Positions 34,875 through 43,631 of a stretch of DNA of 64,000 nucleotides are shown here, one piece after another. The position numbers and the translations under genes are program-made. This DNA is from an uncultured Pseudomonadota bacterium (GTDB lineage Bacteria; Pseudomonadota; Alphaproteobacteria; Rs-D84): positions 69,621 to 133,620 of the forward strand of contig CADBVV010000001.1 in NCBI GenBank assembly GCA_902798205.1. The letters are read 5' to 3'. Every line of letters begins with the position of its first letter. Position 1 is the first letter of the stretch. The notes beneath the pieces were generated by a model, which worked only from the letters and a program-made list of their open reading frames with translations, was not told the origin of the DNA and ran no database searches.

Positions 34875-35528
34875 TTATCTAAGTGTTTGTGCTATTGCAG
34901 AAATAGAAGCGGGTGCGTTTTTATCGCTTATGATTACATCCAATATTTTATCTGCCTTTTCTTTTTCACCACTGGCCAAATATTTTTGTGCAACCATTAA
35001 ACGCGAAGTATAAAAGAAAGGTGAATTTTTTGTATCCATTGATGAAACAGATTTTTCAAATTCAACTGCATCCATCTTGTCCCCGTTGATTGTTGCCAAA
35101 TGCAATTTTGCCAAATCTTTGAAATCACGTGTATGACCTTTTTGTGCCAAAGTTTCTAATTTATTAATATCTTTATCAATTAAATAAGCCTGGAACAAAG
35201 CCAAATCTGATGTTGCCCCACCCTTGTCATGTGCCAAATTTGCCAATGCGTTTGCATCAACATTTGCAATCGCGTTTTCATAAACAACAGCTGTTGCAAC
35301 CTTTGATGAATGGTAAATACGTGCACCGATTTGGATTACACTTACCACTATCATTATTCCCAAAACAGCCGCAACAATATAACGCCAATATTTTTTCAAA
35401 AATTCTTGGGTTTTTTCGTTATTAACATCTTCCCAAACTTCACGATAAAGTGCGTCTTCTGCATATTCTTCACGTGTCTTTTTGACTGGCTGTTTAAGAT
35501 TTTTCTTTCTTTCTAAGATTGTGGTCAT
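34875..35528 (-). CDS. YfgM-like membrane-anchored TPR-type protein
   Basis: An N-terminal charged region, a single TM segment (YIVAAVLGIMIVVSVIQIG) and a helical periplasmic domain. It sits next to the bamB-like gene. Confidence 0.55.
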   Translation of the reverse strand: MTTILERKKNLKQPVKKTREEYAEDALYREVWEDVNNEKTQEFLKKYWRYIVAAVLGIMIVVSVIQIGARIYHSSKVATAVVYENAIANVDANALANLAHDKGGATSDLALFQAYLIDKDINKLETLAQKGHTRDFKDLAKLHLATINGDKMDAVEFEKSVSSMDTKNSPFFYTSRLMVAQKYLASGEKEKADKILDVIISDKNAPASISAIAQTLR

Positions 35529-35580
35529 ATTAAATCTCCTGTCTTGATAATTTGTATTTTATTGCTATACTATAAAAGTT

Positions 35581-36513
35581 ATGAGCAAGGAAATCAAGAC
35601 AACTTTACCAACAACCAAAACTAATACCCCTGTTCCTTTTGTTGGGGGGGCTGGTGACGACGTCAGTTTGGCTAAATATATCACAGAAATTCAAAAATTC
35701 CCTATTTTGTCCGCCGAACAAGAATACGAATACGCAACAAAATGGGTCCAAGAACACGATAATATCGCCGCTGAAAAATTGGTGGCATCACATTTGCGCC
35801 TGGTGGTTTCTGTTGCGTATGATTTCAAAAATTACGGTTTACCGGTGTCTGATTTGATTGCCAGTGGCAACATGGGGCTTATGCAAGCATTACAAAAATT
35901 CGATCCAGAAAAAGGATTTCGTTTTTCAACATACGCCATGTTTTGGATAAAGGCCGAAATATATGAAACAATTCTTAACAATTGGTCAATTATCAAATTG
36001 GGAAATTCTGCGAACCAAAAACGTGTTTTCTTTAATCTGACACGCGCAAAACGCGCGCTGGGCATTATGGACAATTCGTTATCAGACGAACAAACAAAAC
36101 AAATTGCAGAATACTTATCTGTCCCAGAAAACGACGTTGACCGTATGGCAACACGCATGTCGGCCCGTGATGTGTCTTTGAATTCACCACTTAATACAGA
36201 TTCTGATTCCAAAGATATTTTATCAAATATGGCAGATTCGCGTATCAATATTGAAGATGGTTTGGAACAATTAGAATTCAAACGCAAGGGATATGAATTA
36301 TTAAAAAAACATTTATCAGACCTGCCAGAACGTGATCGCGAAATATTACGTGCAAGACGCCTTTCTGATCCGGCAATGACATTGGAAACATTATCGCAAA
36401 AATACGGTATTTCACGCGAACGTGTCCGTCAAATAGAAGAAAGGGCTTTTAATAAACTTAGAAATGCGATATTATCCGAATCAGAACCAAAAAAAATCAC
36501 TGGAAAAAAATAA
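35581..36513 (+). CDS. rpoH: RNA polymerase sigma-32 factor
   Basis: Sigma70 regions 2-4 and an RpoH-box-like NQKRVFFNLTRAKRAL. Confidence 0.9.
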   Translation: MSKEIKTTLPTTKTNTPVPFVGGAGDDVSLAKYITEIQKFPILSAEQEYEYATKWVQEHDNIAAEKLVASHLRLVVSVAYDFKNYGLPVSDLIASGNMGLMQALQKFDPEKGFRFSTYAMFWIKAEIYETILNNWSIIKLGNSANQKRVFFNLTRAKRALGIMDNSLSDEQTKQIAEYLSVPENDVDRMATRMSARDVSLNSPLNTDSDSKDILSNMADSRINIEDGLEQLEFKRKGYELLKKHLSDLPERDREILRARRLSDPAMTLETLSQKYGISRERVRQIEERAFNKLRNAILSESEPKKITGKK

Positions 36514-37547
36514 TGAAGAAAATATCTTTAATCACCATTTGTTATTTGTTCAGCACAAATGCATTTGCACTTGATTATTCAACACGCAAATGGGATTTGC
36601 AACTTGATGCTGATGGTATGGCTGGATTTTTAGAAACCAAGAACGATAAACCACTTGGCATATTTGATTGGGATGTTAAAGCCAGCGCAATATATCACCT
36701 TAATTCTACACAACGTATTGGTGCGGTCTATTCAATTGATGCAGCATGCGTCGAAGATGACGAATATATCCACGATGCATTTGTTTTATTCCAAGACAGG
36801 ACCATCGGACGTGCGGAATTTGGTTTGACACATTCGATTGCGCGTAAAATGGGTTTAGGTTTACCGGACGTTGGCGATTTAAGATTAAACAATAAATCTA
36901 TTCTTTACAACAAATTGAATTTTGACAAAGTATTAATATCTGACACCACCGCAACAACCGGACATGAATCTTTACGATTAAATTTGGCAACCATACCTAC
37001 AGGCTTCGGTCAATACGGTGTTTCATTCGCCGCTTTTGGATCCGATTATGATTTTGCAATTGACACCGCTGTAAAATTCAAACAATCTGGCGGTAAATTA
37101 AAATCTGCATATTCATTTGCATTATCATATATGGACAAACCACATGGTTATGAAGAAAACTCTTATACCCCATCAGTACATGCCGATTGGCGCGGACAAG
37201 CAGCATTAGGTTTAAATTTGCAATATAACAGTTTTATTTTTGGAACATCGCTTCGTTTAATCTATGATGAAAAACCAACATTAAAAACATCTGATGGTCT
37301 GGTTGCTGGCACAGGTATCAGTTACGAATTTTTACAAAGCAGTATTTCTTTTAACTATTTATTTTCAGACACAAATCTGTGGAAACATCATGATATAAGA
37401 ACCGGAAAGGAAATGTCTGGCGATTATATAAATACAATCATCGCATCCTTCAAATATAAATATACCGAACACACATCTATATTTATGTCTGGCGGTATAG
37501 CATACACAACACCATTTTTTGCGGTTGGCATAAAAACAGGATTTTAA
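36513..37547 (+). CDS. Outer-membrane beta-barrel (porin-like) protein, uncharacterised
   Basis: Signal peptide MKKISLITICYLFSTNAFA, an alternating strand pattern and a C-terminal GIKTGF. Confidence 0.6.
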   Translation: MKKISLITICYLFSTNAFALDYSTRKWDLQLDADGMAGFLETKNDKPLGIFDWDVKASAIYHLNSTQRIGAVYSIDAACVEDDEYIHDAFVLFQDRTIGRAEFGLTHSIARKMGLGLPDVGDLRLNNKSILYNKLNFDKVLISDTTATTGHESLRLNLATIPTGFGQYGVSFAAFGSDYDFAIDTAVKFKQSGGKLKSAYSFALSYMDKPHGYEENSYTPSVHADWRGQAALGLNLQYNSFIFGTSLRLIYDEKPTLKTSDGLVAGTGISYEFLQSSISFNYLFSDTNLWKHHDIRTGKEMSGDYINTIIASFKYKYTEHTSIFMSGGIAYTTPFFAVGIKTGF

Positions 37548-37575
37548 AAAACCGCCATATTGGCGGTATTTGTTT
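37546..37575. terminator. Rho-independent terminator between converging genes
   Basis: Stem accgcca/tggcggt, with an A-run before and a T-rich tract after. Confidence 0.6.
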
Positions 37576-38176
37576 AGAAAGCACAAATCGATGTCGCATC
37601 TATGTTTTTAACCATAAACCAAACAGTTTTATAATCAGACATATACATACATCCCAATAATACCAGACACGCCATAACGACAAATAATACGCTTACCCTT
37701 TTGCCATGCATACAATAAACAGCGATATTATAAAGTAAAAATGCCATATATAAATCTGTCAGTAAACTGATAAACCAAATAGACATACAATCAACTGCTA
37801 ATGAATTCAAAATCAATGCCAACGGGTAAATAAAGAATATCGATGCGATACCCTTTACTGCGATTTCCCAGTCACGTTCACCACCTGTAATTTCAGATAC
37901 CAACATCATCAATCCAGAAAATATAAATAATAACATAACCGCCAATACAGGATAAATTATCAAAGATTTAAAAAATGCCCCTATTGTAAACGCATCCAAA
38001 CCGGCACGACAAATGTTTATTACAAAAACCAATATGCCACCAACCAATCCCCAAAGGAAAGCCTTTAACATTGCATCTTCCATTTTGCCGTCTGCAACAA
38101 TACGTGAAAAGAAGTATTTTGGACGAAAGAATATATCTGTTAAATGTGAAAACCAATTTCTTTTCTTTGCTTTCAT
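37574..38176 (-). CDS. Polytopic inner-membrane protein, Yip1-domain-like
   Basis: N-terminus LTDIFFRPKYFFSRI followed by ~5 TM segments. The family call is tentative. Confidence 0.45.
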   Translation of the reverse strand: MKAKKRNWFSHLTDIFFRPKYFFSRIVADGKMEDAMLKAFLWGLVGGILVFVINICRAGLDAFTIGAFFKSLIIYPVLAVMLLFIFSGLMMLVSEITGGERDWEIAVKGIASIFFIYPLALILNSLAVDCMSIWFISLLTDLYMAFLLYNIAVYCMHGKRVSVLFVVMACLVLLGCMYMSDYKTVWFMVKNIDATSICAF

Positions 38177-38244
38177 TTTTTGCCCCCAATGTTTGATTAT
38201 TTATATTTTTGCTTTATAATTATAAAAAATCAATGGAAAAAGAC

Positions 38245-39570
38245 ATGAAGAACATAGTTATAGTTGGTCGTCCTAATACTGGTAAATCGACTCTTTTTAA
38301 TGGCTTAACAAATTCACGTGACGCATTGGTCCACGATCGTCCAGGTGTTACACGTGATGTTATTTCTGGAAAAATTCCAAATCATCCATGGACAGTATTT
38401 GACACCGCAGGCCTTGAAAACGAAAAATCTGGCATTGCACATAATTCAACCGATATGGCGATAAAAACCATTGAAAATGCAGATGCTATTTTATTTGTGG
38501 TGGATGGGCGCGTTGGATTGAACCCTATGGATTTAGAATGGGCAAAATTAGTTCATAAAAAAAGCAAAGCACCCGCCCTGCTTTTAATAAACAAATCAGA
38601 ATCTGCAAAAAGATTATCTGATGTTCACGATTTTTATAAACTTGGTTTTGGCGAACCTTTGTTAATATCCGCAGAACATAAACGTGGTTTTGATGAAATA
38701 TACGAATTTATGGATAAAATTTCTGGCACAGAAACAACAGAAGAAGAAACCGAAGATAAAACAATAAAGATTGCCGTGCTTGGACAACCAAATGTTGGAA
38801 AGTCAACTTTTGTAAATCGTGTTTTGGGCGAAGAACGTCAAATTGTTATGGACGCCCCGGGTATTACACGTGACACTGTCAAAATCCCAACACGTTTTTA
38901 TGGCCGCGATATTGTTATTATGGATACCGCTGGATTGCGCAGAAAGGCCGGCGTCACAGATGATGTTGAAACATTATCTGCACTGAAATCATTGGACGCG
39001 ATTGAAAAATCAAATATTGTTATTTTAATAGTTGATGCAACCAAGAACATTGAAAATCAGGCTTTATCAATTGCTGCACGCGTTTATGACGCTGGCAAAA
39101 TTTTGTGTGTTGCATTAAACAAATGGGATTTGGTCGAAGAAGCAGAACGGGACGAAAAATTATTAAAATTAAAACACCAATTTACTAATTCGTTTCACCA
39201 AATTATCAAACCACTTATACTCGCAATATCTGCTGAAAAAGGGACCGGGGTTCAAAACCTTTTCAAACGTATTTATGAACAATGGGATATATCGAACACT
39301 GATGCCCCAACCAGTTTGATAAACCGTATTGTTGAAAAATTGGTTGCAGAACGTCAACCACCTATGTCACGTTTGAAACGACCAATGAAAATAAAATTTG
39401 CACGTCAAACGGGACACCACCCTGTAAAAATTACAATCAATGTAGGTGGTGCATCTGATATTCCAGAATCTTATACCCGTTATCTGCGACGTGGTATTGC
39501 AACGGCATTACATATGGAACATTTGCCAATTATCATTGAATATAAAAAAGAAGAAAATCCATTTGATTAA
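38245..39570 (+). CDS. der: Ribosome-associated GTPase Der/EngA (tandem GTPase domains plus KH-like domain)
   Basis: Two G domains (GRPNTGKSTLFN/DTAG/NKSE and GQPNVGKSTFVN/DTAGLR/NKWD). Alternative starts are at 38209 and 38233. Confidence 0.9.
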   Translation: MKNIVIVGRPNTGKSTLFNGLTNSRDALVHDRPGVTRDVISGKIPNHPWTVFDTAGLENEKSGIAHNSTDMAIKTIENADAILFVVDGRVGLNPMDLEWAKLVHKKSKAPALLLINKSESAKRLSDVHDFYKLGFGEPLLISAEHKRGFDEIYEFMDKISGTETTEEETEDKTIKIAVLGQPNVGKSTFVNRVLGEERQIVMDAPGITRDTVKIPTRFYGRDIVIMDTAGLRRKAGVTDDVETLSALKSLDAIEKSNIVILIVDATKNIENQALSIAARVYDAGKILCVALNKWDLVEEAERDEKLLKLKHQFTNSFHQIIKPLILAISAEKGTGVQNLFKRIYEQWDISNTDAPTSLINRIVEKLVAERQPPMSRLKRPMKIKFARQTGHHPVKITINVGGASDIPESYTRYLRRGIATALHMEHLPIIIEYKKEENPFD

Positions 39571-39579
39571 ATTAAAGTA

Positions 39580-39604
39580 AAAACCGCCAATACGGCGGTT
39601 TTAT
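39580..39604. terminator. Bidirectional terminator between der and the OmpA-like gene
   Basis: Stem aaccgcc/ggcggtt with loop aatac, flanked by A- and T-runs. Confidence 0.65.
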
Positions 39605-39999
39605 TATAACACTGTCACATTTACACGACGATGTTCTTTATAGTCATCACCTTTTTCTATGCCATGCCATTGTGTATATATGCGTTTTTCAGCGACACCT
39701 TTTGAAATAATATAATCACGAATTGCGTTTGCACGTTTTTCTGTTAATTTTTTATTATATTCTTCGTTGCCTAATTGGTCCGCATATGCATCAATTCTGA
39801 TTCTTCTGAATCTGTGTTTACGCAAGAATTCGACACCTTCGTCCAAATTAGCCTTAGCTTGTGGTGTTATATCAGATTTATCAAATGCAAAATAAACAGG
39901 AACTTCCAATTTATCTTTGTATTCATGACAAGATTTACCACCGTGTTGACACCCAGCCAACACGGAAGCGATAATTGATAATACTAATAATTTACGCAT
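39604..39999 (-). CDS. OmpA-domain peptidoglycan-associated lipoprotein (Pal/TpgA-like)
   Basis: The start was moved to MRKLLVLSIIASVLAGC, which carries a lipobox. OmpA_C-like VYFAFDKSDI...IRIDAYADQLGNEEYNKKLTEKRANAIRDYI. Confidence 0.8.
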   Translation of the reverse strand: MRKLLVLSIIASVLAGCQHGGKSCHEYKDKLEVPVYFAFDKSDITPQAKANLDEGVEFLRKHRFRRIRIDAYADQLGNEEYNKKLTEKRANAIRDYIISKGVAEKRIYTQWHGIEKGDDYKEHRRVNVTVL

Positions 40000-40024
40000 A
40001 ATATTATCCCTTTTTGTTAAATCA

Positions 40025-41890
40025 TTATAAACCAAATGTGATACCCGCACGGAAAGCCCACTGTTCGTGTCCACCATACGAAGCACCAGCATTAAGCAAT
40101 ACATGATCATTGACATAATGAAATGCACCGGCTGCAATACCAAATTTATCTTGGTAAGAACCTGTCCCCACAGATATTTGTGTATCCCCACAATCACGAG
40201 CATTTGGAACCAAAGCAGACATTGCGGTCACTGCGGCCAAACCACTGTGGGCTTCACGTTTGATTGTTTGCATTTCGTTTTCTACACGGTGCAAATTTCC
40301 ATCCAACGCACGCACTGCACCAGACAAATCTGTTTGTCCGACTAAATACGCAGTATTATCAAATGCCATATCACCAATCAAATTGCCAGTTGTTTGGAAT
40401 GCACGGGCAAAATCTTCGTTTTTAACAGATTCATTTAATGCCTTATTTAATGAAACAATGTTACGGTTACCAACAACAGCGTCAATCAAATCAAGATTTT
40501 CATTAACTGATTTATCTGACTTGATGTTGCCATTTGTCCCATTTACATTTGCACCGATTGCTTTATCCAAAGCACTTACTGCAACTGCAACACTTGAGCC
40601 TGCCGCAACTTGGTTAGTACTTGTATATGTACGATTTCCAATTGCATTATCCAAAGCAACCAAATGTTGTTCAACGGTTGTTCCATCGGCCAAATTAGAA
40701 TTAGCCTTTAAATCGGAATTTCCAGCTTTCAAACCATGGATTTGACCCAATGTTGCATCAATGTTATTCAATGCCGAAACAATTGTTGTTGGTTGTGTTC
40801 CATTACCATTGGACAGTGCATTACCAACAGAACCTGTACCAGCATTCAATGTTGATACATCACCAATTGTCGCATTTACTGCATCTATATTTTGATTCAC
40901 AGAATTTGTGGTTGCAACATTGTTATATGTATTCGTCACATTTGCACCGATTGCGGTATCTAATGCCTTGATATTATCATTAACAGTATTTGTTGCAGAT
41001 ATTGCACCTGTGTCACGCGATTGTACAGAATCAATTGCACCACCAATATTAGATGCAACCTGAGATACAGCGGCCGTCAAATCTGTATTAGCTGTGCTTT
41101 GTCCATACGCAACTGTTGTATCAGCATACTGACGGCTACCAATTGCATTATCCAAGGCTTCCAAATCAGCAACAACGTCTGAGCCAGTTAAGTTTTTGGT
41201 TGTGTCAATATTGGCGTAATCACCAATCACTGTATCGATCGCATCTAAAGATGTTGTGATACTGTCGCCATCAGAGATGTTATAACCATTTGTGTAGGTT
41301 CTTTCACCAATAGCAGCATCCAAAGCATCAAGGTTAGCATTAACTGTATTTGTTGCAACAACATTACCATTTGTTGCAGAAACAACACCACCAATATTAC
41401 TTGCAACCTGAGACACTGCATCAACAACGGTTGTATTATCTGCAATTTCATCATAATTTACAGTATTTGTGTTACTGTATGCAGTACGGTCACCGATTGC
41501 AGAATCCAATGATGATATTGCAACATTTATTGTACCATTTGATACATTTTTCGCATCGGTTGCCGCTGTAAACGTTGCATTTTCAGCACTTGTTAATACA
41601 GTTGCTGTTGTTGCTAATACAGATGCATCACCAGATATTTGTGCGGTTACTCCATTATCAATGCCAGAAACCGTATTACCAGCCATTGTTAAAGAATCAA
41701 CTGTTGTATCACCAGCTGTCAATCCACCCAATGTTGTGTCACCTGTTACAGTTAAATCTCCACCAACTGTCGCATCATTTGTAATACCCAAAGAAGCTAA
41801 TGTTGTATCACCAGCTGTCAATCCATCCAATGTTGTGTCACCTGTTACAGTTAAATCTCCACCAACTGTCGCATCATTTGTAATACCCAA
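40025..41890 (-). CDS. Trimeric autotransporter adhesin, C-terminal portion (stalk plus YadA-type membrane anchor); probably the 3' part of one frameshifted gene
   Basis: The C-terminus GLAAVTAMSAL...QISVGTGSYQDKFGIAAGAFHY...AGITFGL is a YadA-like anchor. The ORF 'start' is TTG, which is the Leu codon of an internal repeat (LGITNDATVGG). Confidence 0.78.
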   Translation of the reverse strand: MGITNDATVGGDLTVTGDTTLDGLTAGDTTLASLGITNDATVGGDLTVTGDTTLGGLTAGDTTVDSLTMAGNTVSGIDNGVTAQISGDASVLATTATVLTSAENATFTAATDAKNVSNGTINVAISSLDSAIGDRTAYSNTNTVNYDEIADNTTVVDAVSQVASNIGGVVSATNGNVVATNTVNANLDALDAAIGERTYTNGYNISDGDSITTSLDAIDTVIGDYANIDTTKNLTGSDVVADLEALDNAIGSRQYADTTVAYGQSTANTDLTAAVSQVASNIGGAIDSVQSRDTGAISATNTVNDNIKALDTAIGANVTNTYNNVATTNSVNQNIDAVNATIGDVSTLNAGTGSVGNALSNGNGTQPTTIVSALNNIDATLGQIHGLKAGNSDLKANSNLADGTTVEQHLVALDNAIGNRTYTSTNQVAAGSSVAVAVSALDKAIGANVNGTNGNIKSDKSVNENLDLIDAVVGNRNIVSLNKALNESVKNEDFARAFQTTGNLIGDMAFDNTAYLVGQTDLSGAVRALDGNLHRVENEMQTIKREAHSGLAAVTAMSALVPNARDCGDTQISVGTGSYQDKFGIAAGAFHYVNDHVLLNAGASYGGHEQWAFRAGITFGL

Positions 41891-41899
41891 AGAAGCTAA
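41702..41899. repeat. 99-bp in-frame tandem repeat (2 near-identical copies; a third diverged copy follows at ~41900-42018)
   Basis: Each unit encodes LASLGITNDATVGGDLTVTGDTTLDGLTAGDTT. The third copy carries the 2-bp insertion. Confidence 0.85.
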
Positions 41900-43053
41900 T
41901 GTTGTGTCACCTGCTCTGTCAATCCATCCAATGTTGTGTCGCCTGTTACGGTTAAAGTTCCTCCGACATTCGAATTCCCTGTGACATTCGCATCGCCTGT
42001 AACACCCAAAGAAGCTAATGTCGTGTTTCCTGACACATTTAAATTACCTGTGACATCTGAATTACCTGTAACTTCTGAATTACCATTTACGGTTAACCCT
42101 GTTGTCGAAACAGCCCCTGTAAATGCGGCACCAGCCAAATCTGCTTTTTTGGCTAATTCTGTATTTACATATGTTTGATCTGCTTTTGTTGTTGCATAGG
42201 CATCATACGTTGCTACTTTTGTTGAAGTAATACCAGAATTAACAGCAGACATTTGATCCGCATTCAATGCATCTTGTTTTCCGGCTATCGTTGTTGCATA
42301 GGCATCATACGTTGCTACTTTTGTTGAAGTAATACCAGAATTAACAGCATTCATTTGATCTGTATTCAATGCATCTTGTTTTCCAGATATCGTTGTTGCA
42401 TAGGCATCATACGCGGCTACTTTTGTTGAAGTAATACCAGAATTAACAGCAGACATTTGACCTGCATTCAATGCATCTTGTTTTCCAGATATCGTTGTTG
42501 CATAGGCATCATACGCGGCTACTTTTGTTGAAGTAATACCAGAATTAACAGCAGACATTTGATCTGCATTCAATGCATCTTGTTTTCCGGCTATCGTTGT
42601 TGCATAGGCATCATACGCGGCTACTTTTGTTGAAGTAATACCAGAATTAACAGCATTCATTTGATCTGTATTTAATGCATCTTGTTTTCCAGATATCGTT
42701 GTTGCATAGGCATCATAAGTAGCCATTTTGGATGCTGTAATACCAGAATTAACAGCAGACATTTGTGTATCATCCAACTTATTTTGTTTGTTACCCAACA
42801 AATCGTTCACTTCGTTTTTTGTGTATGTGTTAGAAGCATCTGCTTTTGCATCCAATGCTGTATTCACATTATCTAATAAACCATCAACTTCGCTTTGTGT
42901 ATATGTGGTATCCGTATTATATACTGTATAACTTGTACCATCTGTAATTGTAACAACACCGTTACCATCCTGAGACACAGTCACTTCTGCAAGTGCGACA
43001 TTTACAACTGTCATCATCGCAATCGCTGATGTAAAAATAGAAATTTTTTTCAT
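41896..43053 (-). CDS. Trimeric autotransporter adhesin, N-terminal portion (signal peptide plus repeats)
   Basis: Signal peptide MKKISIFTSAIAMMTVVNVALA and ~5.7 copies of a 34-aa repeat. The ORF ends ...GDTTLDGLTEQVTQH* inside the repeat that continues in the next ORF. Confidence 0.78.
   Translation of the reverse strand: MKKISIFTSAIAMMTVVNVALAEVTVSQDGNGVVTITDGTSYTVYNTDTTYTQSEVDGLLDNVNTALDAKADASNTYTKNEVNDLLGNKQNKLDDTQMSAVNSGITASKMATYDAYATTISGKQDALNTDQMNAVNSGITSTKVAAYDAYATTIAGKQDALNADQMSAVNSGITSTKVAAYDAYATTISGKQDALNAGQMSAVNSGITSTKVAAYDAYATTISGKQDALNTDQMNAVNSGITSTKVATYDAYATTIAGKQDALNADQMSAVNSGITSTKVATYDAYATTKADQTYVNTELAKKADLAGAAFTGAVSTTGLTVNGNSEVTGNSDVTGNLNVSGNTTLASLGVTGDANVTGNSNVGGTLTVTGDTTLDGLTEQVTQH
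42186..42766. repeat. 102-bp in-frame tandem repeat, ~5.7 near-identical copies
   Basis: Each unit encodes QM(S/N)AVNSGITSTKVA(A/T)YDAYATTI(S/A)GKQDALN(A/T)(D/G). Confidence 0.88.
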
Positions 43054-43062
43054 TTTTTTGCC

Positions 43063-43404
43063 TTATTTTGTTTTATTAACAACACCATGTTTTTCAATTT
43101 CATGATCGTTCGATTCTTTTGGCCGACATACAGACAATACCTTTGACAAAGCGACTGCGTCTTCTTCATCCATAAATTCCAGTATATTTGCATTCGGATA
43201 TTTTTTTATCTCTCCTAGGAATTTCGTGAAACCACGAATTTGTTTCCCGCTTAAACGGTTATCAACAACATTGGCAAAGCAGCGGCAATCCATTCCGACA
43301 CCACACTGCTCTTTCAAATTGTTATGAAAAAAGAAACCGTAAATTACACAAAAAATCAGCATGACAAAAAAACATATAATCAATATCTTTTTGGTAGCAG
43401 ACAT
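43063..43404 (-). CDS. Hypothetical membrane-anchored protein (113 aa)
   Basis: N-terminal TM segment ILIICFFVMLIFCVIYGFFF. No family recognised. Confidence 0.5.
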   Translation of the reverse strand: MSATKKILIICFFVMLIFCVIYGFFFHNNLKEQCGVGMDCRCFANVVDNRLSGKQIRGFTKFLGEIKKYPNANILEFMDEEDAVALSKVLSVCRPKESNDHEIEKHGVVNKTK

Positions 43405-43554
43405 GTGTGCACTCCTTGTTAAGTGTTACAAAAGAAACTTTCGTTTCTGGTAATGAAAAAATACCCAAACAAACAAAAATGTCAAGAAAAAAATCCTGTG
43501 TAAAAACACCGCAAAACCGCGATTTACAAGGCAAACAGGAAATTAAAAAAATTA

Positions 43555-43631
43555 AAAAAAGCCGGCAAATGCCGGTATTTTTTCACAAACAATAAAAACC
43601 AGGAAAATACCGGCATTTGCCGGTATTTTCT
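43555..43631 (-). terminator. Two adjacent GC-stem hairpins downstream of the hemolysin-III-family gene
   Basis: The hairpins are gccggcaaatgccggt (43561-43576) and taccggcatttgccggta (43609-43626), each flanked by A- and T-runs. Confidence 0.55.

Noticed and set aside
9785-39604. Recurrent hairpins between genes with a CCGCC-N4-6-GGCGG core (9789, 24394, 27565, 37551, 39582), considered as a REP/MITE-like dispersed repeat family
   Set aside because: Only the short GC stem core is shared. Loops and flanks differ, each is flanked by A- and T-runs, and each sits exactly at a gene 3' end. They are ordinary rho-independent terminators whose GC-rich stems stand out in AT-rich DNA.
40000-40203. 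Long form of the OmpA-like ORF (199 aa) overlapping the adhesin 3' end
   Set aside because: The extension overlaps the well-supported YadA-anchor coding region in another frame. The internal start MRKLLVLSIIASVLAGC gives a standard lipoprotein signal.
42186-42766. Possible CRISPR array or non-coding satellite
   Set aside because: The repeats are contiguous with no spacers, have a 102-bp period, and are in frame within a long ORF with adhesin-like translation. They are coding tandem repeats.
43407-43595. 62-aa Lys-rich plus-strand ORF in the 226-bp gap between genes
   Set aside because: The ORF has low-complexity composition, runs into the terminator hairpins at 43561-43626 and has no RBS. 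The region is more plausibly the promoter/terminator space for the flanking minus-strand genes.
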